IMG/VR virus record: IMGVR_UViG_3300038548_000322
Reading direction: 5' to 3' (one strand)
Origin: an uncultured virus (IMG/VR IMGVR_UViG_3300038548_000322)
Lineage: Duplodnaviria > Heunggongvirae > Uroviricota > Caudoviricetes
DNA: 20,000 bases
Both the position numbers and the translations under genes were made by a program. Numbering within the stretch: position 1 is the first letter of the stretch; each line of letters begins with the position of its first letter. Below, piece after piece: positions 8,287-15,891 of this stretch. The notes under the pieces were generated by a model. It was given only the letters and a program-made list of their open reading frames with translations, searched no databases and was not told where the DNA came from.

Positions 8287-11031
8287 TTAGAATGATTGGA
8301 TCGCTCTCCACGAATGCCCAGCTGCTAAGTAAACGATGGCATTAGCTCCTACGTCTGCTTGCTTCGCTACACGAAGGGACATAGTGGTAGTCGCTTGGTT
8401 GCCGTTGATCAATACACCAATGATAGTAACGTAAACTCCATCGGGGGAGACCGAACCATCGGTGTCAATATCAACGATGTTAGTGATCACTTCACCTATA
8501 GCCGAGTGCAGCCCCGCTGATCCGGGAGTTGACCCACCACCTACCCAAGATATTGTGCCACTGAAAGTAGCGAGGGTATCAATGACTAATTCTACCCGGA
8601 GATCATCTGTTGCCGGTGCAGAATATTGGAAAGAACACTGATACACATACCTCTGATTTTCCTTGGGCTGGGAGACTAAGACTTCTGTAAAGCCGGTACC
8701 GGGGACAGAAATATTGCTGGTATTTATATCTGACTCGTTGATAGCAGCAAGAGGAATTACGATGCCGCTCCCAGTGACAACCCGAAGGCTTTGGTCAAAA
8801 GCATCATCTCTTACCCAGAATTGCATTTGACCTGACACGTCAGCTTCTTGCGCCGCTTGCTCGCGTATGAAGAGAACGCCCATGTCGTTGAGGTCGAAGC
8901 CGTCGCCATCGATAGGCGCAGTCAACGTAATCGGTTGCGTCAGACCTGCTGTCAAATCAAAGACGACTCCCGCTTCGGTGACGTAATTCAAACTGTCGTC
9001 AGCAGAATTGACCCAGAGCTGACCTTGACTTGCAATGTCCGCTTCCTGAGCGGCTTGCTCTACTAAGAACAGTGTTCCGTTGCCGACCTCGACACCGTGA
9101 TTAAGAGTCTGGAGACGAGGGACTGCGCTTGTGCCAGCATAGGCGGAGAAACCACCAGCTGCAGCATCACCACTGAAGTGACCACGAATACGACTGCCTC
9201 CGCCTGTCCCAACGCGCATGATGAGGCTTCCACCGACGATGTGATTGCGCATAATGAAGTCGGTGAAGAACTCCGTACCAAGACTGGCTCGGGTTGTTCC
9301 GTTTTGATTCTGCCATTCGACCTCGCGACCTTCACCATCGATGTTGCCGACGCTACGAATAGCCGTGATGCCGAGACCTTCTGCAACAGTCGCAGGGTTA
9401 CCTGAACCGTCTTCGAGTTGTGTCACTGCGGGTGCTGCATTCAGTACGAAGTCAACTCCGGCCTCGGTGATGTAGTGGAGCGTGTCGTCGCTAGCCTCGA
9501 CGCGCAACTGACCGTGACCGGTGATGTTTGCATTGGCTGCTGTCTGTTCCAAGTAGAGCGTGGCGTCATTGCGAATGGACACCCCATCAGCAGCGGCATC
9601 GAGGAACATCATCTCAGTGGATTCAGTACCCATGAGCCGCAGTTCACCGGAGTTGTCCATCTCGATGAATTTGAAACCAGCCTGATTCTCAAAAAACAAA
9701 CGATGGTTAGCAGTAGATAGACTGTGGCTGTCAGTAAGAGCCCAGAAAGTGGTTCCACTGTTGTCGGTAGATCGGAAAATTTCCCACTCTATTGTCGATG
9801 AACCCACACCACCCATCGCAATGAGAGTTTGAGACGTTCTAACATTAGGGAAGTTGATTGCTGCCAATGTGCCGCCAGCTGGGTCTATCACTAATTGCTT
9901 GGTCGTGTCGTCCCAAGTGAAGCTAGCGCTGCCTCCGAACGCACCAGAGTTGTTAAACTGGATGTTGGTATCCGCTCCACCGGGAGAACCAGCTGCATTC
10001 AATACGGTATCGACTCCCTGATCATCAGTGAACATCGGTTCACCATCGAGAGTGTCGCGCACCCAGAATTGACCAAAGGTTAGGACACTGGCATGAGCCG
10101 CTGCCTTCTCTTCGATCTTGATTCCGGTATCGAATCGGAAGCGGACATCCTCGGCTCCGTTGGCTGCAAACATCTCAATCTCACCCGCACCGATGCCAGT
10201 GAAAATCTGTGCACGGAGTGCGTTGTGAACCAGAACCAAAGAGGGGGCAGTGATAAGCGGACCACTAACAATTCGCACCGTGTTGCCAGCGGCTGCGTGA
10301 ATATTTAGTTGTCCGGGGGTAACAATCTCTGCGGCCCCACCACTTTTAGCGAAGGTGAGGCGAGGATTGAACTCTGTGCGCCAATCAAGCTCAATGCTGC
10401 CCGTGAGAGCAGGACTTAATACTGACATCACTGTTCCGGTCCAAAGGAACCGGTCATCACCACCGAACGCGCCAGCATCATTAAACTGAACGTTGGTATC
10501 CACGCCACCCGGAACTGCGCCACCACCGAGATCGGCAGTCGTGAGCACGCGTTCAAATCCTGCGCCGGTCGAAAGGTTGTTGATCTCGATGCCACCAGAT
10601 GCAGGCGGCACTGTGCGGAATACAGTCGTGCCAACTTCATCCATCTGGACGGAGTTCGGCCCAACCGGATCGATAGTGATTTGATCTACTGCCACGTACG
10701 TGTTCGGCGCAGTTTCGAGGTACATGATGTCCCCGACATTCCCGACCGGGAATTGGGCACCAATTGGGAGTGCCTGCAGGACCGCTACGTCAAAGCCGGA
10801 ATTGGGGCTTCCCTGTCGTTGCTGGTAGGGCTGGACGTCGTCCTGACATTGCTTGATGTCAGCAACAGCCGCGTCGAACGCAGCTTGTCCTGCTCCAGTG
10901 ACAGGACCCAGACCCGCTTTTTGAATGCGAATTGATGCATTCCAAAGCGCGTCGGAGTTATGCGGAAATTCCTCGCCGAGGTCGAGGACAATGGTTTGCA
11001 GCTCTTGTAGCTGGGTCGGGGTAAGCGACAT
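8287..11031 (-). CDS. Large repeat-containing fibre/adhesin-like virion protein
   Basis: 914 aa, Gly/Ala/Thr-rich and beta-like. Two copies of PGG.DTN.QFN..GAFGG and four ~43-aa EQAA...GQ.WV.....L...T..GV...L.A repeats. AGGAG SD. Confidence 0.65.
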   Translation of the reverse strand: MSLTPTQLQELQTIVLDLGEEFPHNSDALWNASIRIQKAGLGPVTGAGQAAFDAAVADIKQCQDDVQPYQQRQGSPNSGFDVAVLQALPIGAQFPVGNVGDIMYLETAPNTYVAVDQITIDPVGPNSVQMDEVGTTVFRTVPPASGGIEINNLSTGAGFERVLTTADLGGGAVPGGVDTNVQFNDAGAFGGDDRFLWTGTVMSVLSPALTGSIELDWRTEFNPRLTFAKSGGAAEIVTPGQLNIHAAAGNTVRIVSGPLITAPSLVLVHNALRAQIFTGIGAGEIEMFAANGAEDVRFRFDTGIKIEEKAAAHASVLTFGQFWVRDTLDGEPMFTDDQGVDTVLNAAGSPGGADTNIQFNNSGAFGGSASFTWDDTTKQLVIDPAGGTLAAINFPNVRTSQTLIAMGGVGSSTIEWEIFRSTDNSGTTFWALTDSHSLSTANHRLFFENQAGFKFIEMDNSGELRLMGTESTEMMFLDAAADGVSIRNDATLYLEQTAANANITGHGQLRVEASDDTLHYITEAGVDFVLNAAPAVTQLEDGSGNPATVAEGLGITAIRSVGNIDGEGREVEWQNQNGTTRASLGTEFFTDFIMRNHIVGGSLIMRVGTGGGSRIRGHFSGDAAAGGFSAYAGTSAVPRLQTLNHGVEVGNGTLFLVEQAAQEADIASQGQLWVNSADDSLNYVTEAGVVFDLTAGLTQPITLTAPIDGDGFDLNDMGVLFIREQAAQEADVSGQMQFWVRDDAFDQSLRVVTGSGIVIPLAAINESDINTSNISVPGTGFTEVLVSQPKENQRYVYQCSFQYSAPATDDLRVELVIDTLATFSGTISWVGGGSTPGSAGLHSAIGEVITNIVDIDTDGSVSPDGVYVTIIGVLINGNQATTTMSLRVAKQADVGANAIVYLAAGHSWRAIQSF

Positions 11032-11091
11032 CGCGTGCTCCTGAACAGGTCAACAAGGCACCCACGACGAAGGAGCTTACCCCATTACTCT

Positions 11092-11352
11092 CTAATCAGC
11101 GAACTGTCTGCTCCATTTACCGTTGCGCAGCACGTGAGGTCGGTAATGTCCATCGACCATGATCGTAGCCAGATCTCCGTCTTGCGTACCGTCGCCTCTC
11201 GTCAGGAAGTGCTCCACCTTGATGATTTCGTGTTCGTACCGCTTAACCTTGATCACTTCTTCCTCGACCCGTGGAGCTGCTGCCACACTTGCAGCGGCAG
11301 CTCCTGCGGTCATGCCGAGGCTCTTCAAAAACCCTCTGCGTGTTTTATTCAT
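11092..11352 (-). CDS. Small protein with twin-arginine (Tat) signal peptide
   Basis: 86 aa. MNKTRRGFLKSLGMTAGAAAASVAAAP matches the S/T-R-R-x-F-L-K consensus exactly, followed by an Ala-rich h-region and AxA sites. Confidence 0.78.
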   Translation of the reverse strand: MNKTRRGFLKSLGMTAGAAAASVAAAPRVEEEVIKVKRYEHEIIKVEHFLTRGDGTQDGDLATIMVDGHYRPHVLRNGKWSRQFAD

Positions 11353-11355
11353 GAC

Positions 11356-11589
11356 TTACTGAGCAATTTGCCAGTCAGTTGCCAGCAGATCCGTTTGTGA
11401 CGTTAGCCACGGTACGAGATCTCCCTGCACCGTGCGTATGTAAACGTACGGCAGTGTCATCTTGGAATGCTCATCAGGAGTCTGCAGCTCCAAATATTGA
11501 TCGGGACCATTCCACCCTTTGCGCGTGACGCGCAGACCGTTCTCCATTTGCTTAACTGCCCAGCCTATACCGTGTGCTTCGTCGTTCAC
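11356..11589 (-). CDS. tad2: DUF2829 / Tad2-like anti-Thoeris signal-sponge family protein
   Basis: 77 aa, GTG start with AAGGAG SD. Family pattern GWAVKQMENG.RV.RKGWNG..QYL...PYVYIRT.QG.LVPW..SQTDLLATDW. Confidence 0.8.
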   Translation of the reverse strand: MNDEAHGIGWAVKQMENGLRVTRKGWNGPDQYLELQTPDEHSKMTLPYVYIRTVQGDLVPWLTSQTDLLATDWQIAQ

Positions 11590-11604
11590 TTTGCTTCTCC
11601 TTTT

Positions 11605-11811
11605 TTAACCAACAACCATTTCTGGCTCGTGTTCACCGTGACATTTCAATTTCGGGTCCGTGGGATCGTGACGCATGTAAATGCCGTCCTGATTTACCTG
11701 ACCGCAAAAACAACAGGTCTCGACCGATGCATCTATCATCGCAGTAGGCGTCCGATGTGGACACCGACCTTGCCAGCACTTGGAACAAATATTATGCGAC
11801 CAGCTGCTCAT
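11605..11811 (-). CDS. Small Cys/His-rich (Zn-binding) protein
   Basis: Likely start ATG 11811 (ATGA overlap), 68 aa. HNICSKCW and TCCFCG motifs. Confidence 0.7.
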   Translation of the reverse strand: MSSWSHNICSKCWQGRCPHRTPTAMIDASVETCCFCGQVNQDGIYMRHDPTDPKLKCHGEHEPEMVVG

Positions 11812-12029
11812 AGCGGACTTGGTGCCTGATTTCTTTTTTCGATCAGTACAAGTTGCGACGGAGGGATCCAATACTGCCCCTGATTCTCCCGGCACAAGAC
11901 ATGTTCATTGGTGACCCAGAAACCATCTTTCAAGTCGTCGATGGACCAATGTTCGTGATCGGGCGTCGGTTGCTTGCGCGGTGCGCCTGCGACCATGAAC
12001 GTGACAAAAAAGGGACCTTCAATTGACAT
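11808..12029 (-). CDS. Hypothetical protein
   Basis: Likely start ATG 12029 (MSIEGPFF; GGGAGG SD), 73 aa, overlaps both neighbours. Confidence 0.7.
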   Translation of the reverse strand: MSIEGPFFVTFMVAGAPRKQPTPDHEHWSIDDLKDGFWVTNEHVLCRENQGQYWIPPSQLVLIEKRNQAPSPL

Positions 12030-12414
12030 ACATTTCCTCCCGTGAAATTCCTTCGACGTGCAGGAATTCGGTCGTAGGATCCCACCACGTTTTGTATGCA
12101 ACCGGATGCGCTTCCGATCTGAGCGAGATACCTTTTTCGAACGCGCGATTCAAAACATTCGCGGTTACCTGCTCTCTCGTTTGCATCATACTGCGCGCCA
12201 GTGCACGTGAACGACTCTCAGCGATCTCGATGCACATTTGTTCGAGGCTTTGCTCGCTCAGATCGGCAGGGCAGAGCGCAGCGTTTTCTAACGCTTCTCT
12301 CGGGATCACGTAGTGCGCAGTGCCGTACGTCTTGTGAGTGTACTTTTCCGTCCCCGGCAGAGTAGCCGCAATGACAGCCGCGACCGTGCCCTTCAAAAAT
12401 TTACGTCTGTCCAT
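12019..12414 (-). CDS. Tat-signal protein containing major-capsid-like fragments
   Basis: 131 aa. MDRRKFLKGTVAAVIAA (Tat motif), then YTHKTYG....IPREALE, PADLSEQSLEQMCIEIA, RALARSMMQTREQVTANVLNRAF and GISLRSEAHP, which I recognise as Mu gpT-like capsid family motifs. Confidence 0.75.
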   Translation of the reverse strand: MDRRKFLKGTVAAVIAATLPGTEKYTHKTYGTAHYVIPREALENAALCPADLSEQSLEQMCIEIAESRSRALARSMMQTREQVTANVLNRAFEKGISLRSEAHPVAYKTWWDPTTEFLHVEGISREEMYVN

Positions 12415-12700
12415 TGAACATCTCGTCCGGGAAACGACCCCGATTACCTTTCTTCTTTTTTGCCTTCGGCATCGCGCTGGTATTGCAGCGTACGTGGATC
12501 ATGTTGAGGATCCACGCACGCCAGTCGTGACTATCACCTTGCCCCGGAAATTTGGGTCTACCGAGATCAGGCGAGTGTCCATAGCGAGTGCCGACGTCCT
12601 GTAGCTCCTCACGCATGAATTTCGCGATCATTTGCCGGTTCACACCTTCCCCGTTCGCCCACTGGATGATGTCGTCTGGAATTTCCACGGTAAACTTCAT
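12401..12700 (-). CDS. Hypothetical protein
   Basis: 99-aa ORF in the coupled array, with a basic C-terminal patch (KAKKKKGNRGR). Confidence 0.65.
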   Translation of the reverse strand: MKFTVEIPDDIIQWANGEGVNRQMIAKFMREELQDVGTRYGHSPDLGRPKFPGQGDSHDWRAWILNMIHVRCNTSAMPKAKKKKGNRGRFPDEMFNGQT

Positions 12701-12713
12701 GTGGAGAAGCTTA

Positions 12714-13073
12714 CTACAGATAGGCCAGTACTTTCTCCGTAACGCACCTCTGAGAGAGCGTTTTCGGCTCTTTTTTCGCGATTAGCTCTTTGCGGAAGTC
12801 AGCAACATTGACGGTGCCAATACCTTTGCGTTTTTCGAGTTTTTCGAAGATTTCCAGAGCCTTCGCAAGCTTCGAATTTTTATTCGGCGTTTTACCGGTC
12901 ATCGTGAGCATCGAATTCGCGCGAGAGTGCATTTTGCCATTTGACTTCTTCGGGTCATCCCAACCGGGCACATATTTCTCCGTACTCTCGACCATCACTT
13001 TGTGACCATGCAAAAGTCGCATCGTTGCCGCCAGCTTCGTGTCGGGCACTTCGATTGTCAGTTTGAAACTCAT
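12714..13073 (-). CDS. Basic hypothetical protein (possible nucleic-acid binding)
   Basis: 119 aa, Lys-rich, GAGGA SD, starts 1 nt after the upstream stop. Confidence 0.72.
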   Translation of the reverse strand: MSFKLTIEVPDTKLAATMRLLHGHKVMVESTEKYVPGWDDPKKSNGKMHSRANSMLTMTGKTPNKNSKLAKALEIFEKLEKRKGIGTVNVADFRKELIAKKEPKTLSQRCVTEKVLAYL

Positions 13074-13074
13074 G

Positions 13075-13299
13075 TCATTCTTCCTCAGTGAAATATTCGT
13101 CGTACAAGTTGTCGAACCCTTCGATCACTCGTCGAATCGTGCCCTGAGGAACTTTTGTGTAGTGGCTCAGAAGCACGACCAGAGTTTTCTCTGGGATGCC
13201 TGCTTTCCTCCAGCCCGCAAGTGTCTTGTTCAACACCGCTATCTGGGTTTCGAGTTTTTTAATGCGTTTTTCGGTCAGTGGATCAATCTTGCTGCTCAC
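13075..13299 (-). CDS. Small helical hypothetical protein
   Basis: 74 aa, GTG start with GGAGG SD. Amphipathic helices (GIPEKTLVVLLSHYTKVPQGTIRRVIEGFDNL). Confidence 0.72.
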   Translation of the reverse strand: MSSKIDPLTEKRIKKLETQIAVLNKTLAGWRKAGIPEKTLVVLLSHYTKVPQGTIRRVIEGFDNLYDEYFTEEE

Positions 13300-13693
13300 A
13301 AGTCGCCTCCAAAGTCATATTTGCCGACCATTCGAGAAAATCGCCGAATTCCATCTTGAAAAAACCGTGCTGATCCGGATGTTCGGTGATGTAGCACGCA
13401 AACAGCTCATCGAGCGCCTGATGCAGCACTTTGTGCCGGAATGTTGTCGATGCGTGTTCGAGATCGATCTCACCGGACAGGTATGCCGCCTTTCCTTTGC
13501 AATTTCGGTCGAAAAACCGCTTCAACTTCACCGAGTGATGCTCAATGTCTTTCAGGTAGGTCTTCGCCTCGGTCGATTTCATCAACTCCGCGATTTCCGG
13601 CGAGATGTTGATCATCAACGGGTAAAATTTGTACGTGTTCGGCAGCTTGCCCGACTTCTCTTCTGGCTCGTCGCAATCTCCGTAACTAATCAC
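13283..13693 (-). CDS. Hypothetical protein
   Basis: Likely start GTG 13693 (GGAG SD; MISYGDCDE), 136 aa. Confidence 0.65.
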   Translation of the reverse strand: MISYGDCDEPEEKSGKLPNTYKFYPLMINISPEIAELMKSTEAKTYLKDIEHHSVKLKRFFDRNCKGKAAYLSGEIDLEHASTTFRHKVLHQALDELFACYITEHPDQHGFFKMEFGDFLEWSANMTLEATCEQQD

Positions 13694-13838
13694 CAAATTT
13701 CTCCGTCGCTGCAATCATAAATTCGTTGAGCCGACCGTAATCTTGCAACGCGCAGACTCCGATGTTCGGCATGAAGTCTTTGACCACTTCGTAGCCCTGT
13801 TTTGCCAGCTCGCGCATCTCTTCGAGTTCTTCATCCAT
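13686..13838 (-). CDS. Small hypothetical protein
   Basis: 50 aa from ATG 13838 (MDEELEEMRELAKQGYEVVKDFMPNIGVCALQDYGRLNEFMIAATEKFGD). The longer track ORF overlaps the upstream gene. Confidence 0.65.
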   Translation of the reverse strand: MDEELEEMRELAKQGYEVVKDFMPNIGVCALQDYGRLNEFMIAATEKFGD

Positions 13839-14085
13839 GTTTGTCCACCCAGTGTTGTGCGGCAGCTTGCCGATTTCGGAATTTTCGCTCGCAAAGAGGC
13901 TCAGGGCACTCAATCGTTTTCGGATCCTTCGGTTTGTTGACGAGCGAAATATCGTTCGGGTCGTCACCACGTGATTTGCAACCGTCACAGGTGATTGGGT
14001 AGCCCGCAGGAGGATCAGTGAAAAGGTACTCACCACACACTTGGCACATCGTGCCGTCGAGCATCATGTCAGCAATTTCACCCAT
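13831..14085 (-). CDS. Zn-finger protein (CxxC/CxxC plus C2H2-type finger)
   Basis: 84 aa. MGEIADMMLDGTMCQVCGEY..GYPITCDGC and CPEPLCERKF......QHWVDKH. Confidence 0.8.
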   Translation of the reverse strand: MGEIADMMLDGTMCQVCGEYLFTDPPAGYPITCDGCKSRGDDPNDISLVNKPKDPKTIECPEPLCERKFRNRQAAAQHWVDKHG

Positions 14086-14465
14086 CAGAGCACCACGTCA
14101 TTTTCGCGAAGCGGTTGCGTCCACTTCCAGCCCTCTTGGGTAGTCACGACGCGATCCCATTTATTGCAACGCATGTTCTGGGCAAGGATCTTTGTCTCGG
14201 GACCTTGCGCCTCGACCTCTTCGAGCGTTTGCACTCGGCAATTGACGTAGTACATCGGCGAGGTGTCGATCACGTGCGGTTCCATATCGCGAAGGCCGCG
14301 CTTCTTGGTCGTAAACTGAAATCCGTACGGCTTGGCACCGTAGCGTTCCTCAATTTCGGGCAACAATTTGAGCGCTTTCTTGACGTCCCAGCTCGGGATG
14401 CACTTGATGGTTGTTTCGGCAACGAAAGTGCCCGGTGAGAAGAAAGTGACGTAGCGCTTTTTCAT
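14085..14465 (-). CDS. Conserved-looking phage hypothetical protein
   Basis: 126 aa, GGAGG SD, coupled at both ends. VTFFSPGTFVAET and ERYGAKPYGFQFTT. Confidence 0.8.
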   Translation of the reverse strand: MKKRYVTFFSPGTFVAETTIKCIPSWDVKKALKLLPEIEERYGAKPYGFQFTTKKRGLRDMEPHVIDTSPMYYVNCRVQTLEEVEAQGPETKILAQNMRCNKWDRVVTTQEGWKWTQPLRENDVVL

Positions 14466-14647
14466 CCCTCCACCCCATCTATCTCAGCACGCCACGTTGA
14501 CGAATTGAGATCGAGGAATGCAGTGCGCGAATCGTAGTTACCGATCAGCTTGTGACGGCACTCGCGGTGCGGGCAGTAAGCGGAGTTGCGATCAAAGTCG
14601 CAGGGATGACCTTTTACACACCAATCAGGGGCTTTGCTCTTTCCCAT
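14462..14647 (-). CDS. Small Cys/His-rich protein
   Basis: 61 aa. WCVKGHPC and YCPHREC. ATGA overlap with the next gene. Confidence 0.6.
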   Translation of the reverse strand: MGKSKAPDWCVKGHPCDFDRNSAYCPHRECRHKLIGNYDSRTAFLDLNSSTWRAEIDGVEG

Positions 14648-15153
14648 GCTTCGATATCCTTTGCGTAGAAGTCGAACAGCTCCGGGTAGCGCGGCAGATC
14701 TGAAATCACCGGCTTCGGAAACGTGGTCTTGTTGAGGTGAGGCAACTTCACATCTGCGAGATGCGTAGTGCCTTCGAGACGGAACAGCTGCAGGTGCTTC
14801 ACAGCTTTGTGCTGGTCAATTTGCCGCCACGTGTGCGGAGAGCGCACGCCTTCGACATCATCGAGTGTGCCGTCGAGATATTCAGAGATCGGCGGCTGCA
14901 CAATTTCGTACAGCCCAGTCGTGTTATTCATCCGTTTTTCCTGTGCCAAGATCATGTGACTGGAGCGAAAACGCTCAATCGGATTTTTCAGCAACAACAT
15001 GCAAATCTCTGGTGCCTCGGGTAACTCTTTGGCGTCGTTATCTTTCGCCAGTTGCGCAATCGAGGTACAACCCGCGCGCCAACAGTAGGTGAAATTAATC
15101 CCGTTCAACCGGAAGTACTTGACGACCGGCATGTTCGGAGGATGGAAGTGCAT
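14614..15153 (-). CDS. Divergent sulfotransferase family 2-like protein
   Basis: 179 aa. 5'-PSB-like YCWRAGCTSI, 3'-PB-like LKNPIERFRSS, HTWRQ, FRLE, LPHLNKT and C-terminal FYAKDIEAW, all in the order expected for the family. Confidence 0.68.
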   Translation of the reverse strand: MHFHPPNMPVVKYFRLNGINFTYCWRAGCTSIAQLAKDNDAKELPEAPEICMLLLKNPIERFRSSHMILAQEKRMNNTTGLYEIVQPPISEYLDGTLDDVEGVRSPHTWRQIDQHKAVKHLQLFRLEGTTHLADVKLPHLNKTTFPKPVISDLPRYPELFDFYAKDIEAWERAKPLIGV

Positions 15154-15611
15154 TAGGTCTCTTCTTCTTCGACGTCATCTTTCTGCGCGTAAGGGGCGTG
15201 CGAGGTGCCGTACTGGTCAGCTTTCATGCCGGGGAGCGGTGTCATGACGCCCTTCTTCATCACAGCGTTGCGGAAGATCAAACCTACCATACTCTTGTGA
15301 TCTTCGACGCGGGTCTCGGCGCACTCTTTCCGGATCTCTAACTCAGTGCATTTACCCTCCCGGTCCATTAGATCCTGTTCACGCCCAGCCCATTCCTCGG
15401 CACATTTGTTGGCTTCGCACAATTGCGTGTGCAGCCTATCGCGATCAGTGGAAAGATTTTCATGCGTCACTTTGAGGGTTTTCAGCTCTTCGTGAATTGC
15501 ATTGCGTTCGGTAACGAGCGCATGAAATTGGTCAACCGCACCTTCGGTGAGTGCACCGTCAAGCGCTGCTTTCTGAATTAATTTTTCTAGGTTCTCGGTC
15601 AGGTCAGACAT
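15153..15611 (-). CDS. Coiled-coil hypothetical protein
   Basis: 152 aa with a heptad-like central region, GGAG SD, TAATG coupling downstream. Confidence 0.78.
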   Translation of the reverse strand: MSDLTENLEKLIQKAALDGALTEGAVDQFHALVTERNAIHEELKTLKVTHENLSTDRDRLHTQLCEANKCAEEWAGREQDLMDREGKCTELEIRKECAETRVEDHKSMVGLIFRNAVMKKGVMTPLPGMKADQYGTSHAPYAQKDDVEEEET

Positions 15612-15891
15612 TTATTTTCTCCGGGTAAGGGATTGGATGTTGTCCGTACGGGTAATCCGCGAGAGCATTCTGATCAGCGCAGCCTCCCCAGTGAAAGTTG
15701 AAGCGCTTGCACGTGCCGCAATACGCCTCGCTGTCATGCGAATGTTTCGCCACGTATTTTGCGAACGCGCCTTTGAGATCCCACAACGAATTGCAGGGCA
15801 CGCATATCCAGCCGTGCATGGTGACGCCACGCCAGAAGTAACAGGCGTCCCTGCGTACCAGTTTGGTATTGCACTTCGGGCAGTCACTCAT
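15604..15891 (-). CDS. Zn-ribbon protein
   Basis: Likely start ATG 15891 (MSDCPKCNTKL), 95 aa, three CxxC pairs. Confidence 0.72.
   Translation of the reverse strand: MSDCPKCNTKLVRRDACYFWRGVTMHGWICVPCNSLWDLKGAFAKYVAKHSHDSEAYCGTCKRFNFHWGGCADQNALADYPYGQHPIPYPEKINV

Noticed and set aside
8743..10512. Fibre-gene repeats as DGR template/variable repeats
   Set aside because: Similarity is at protein level and in frame, differences are not adenine-specific, and there is no reverse transcriptase in the window.
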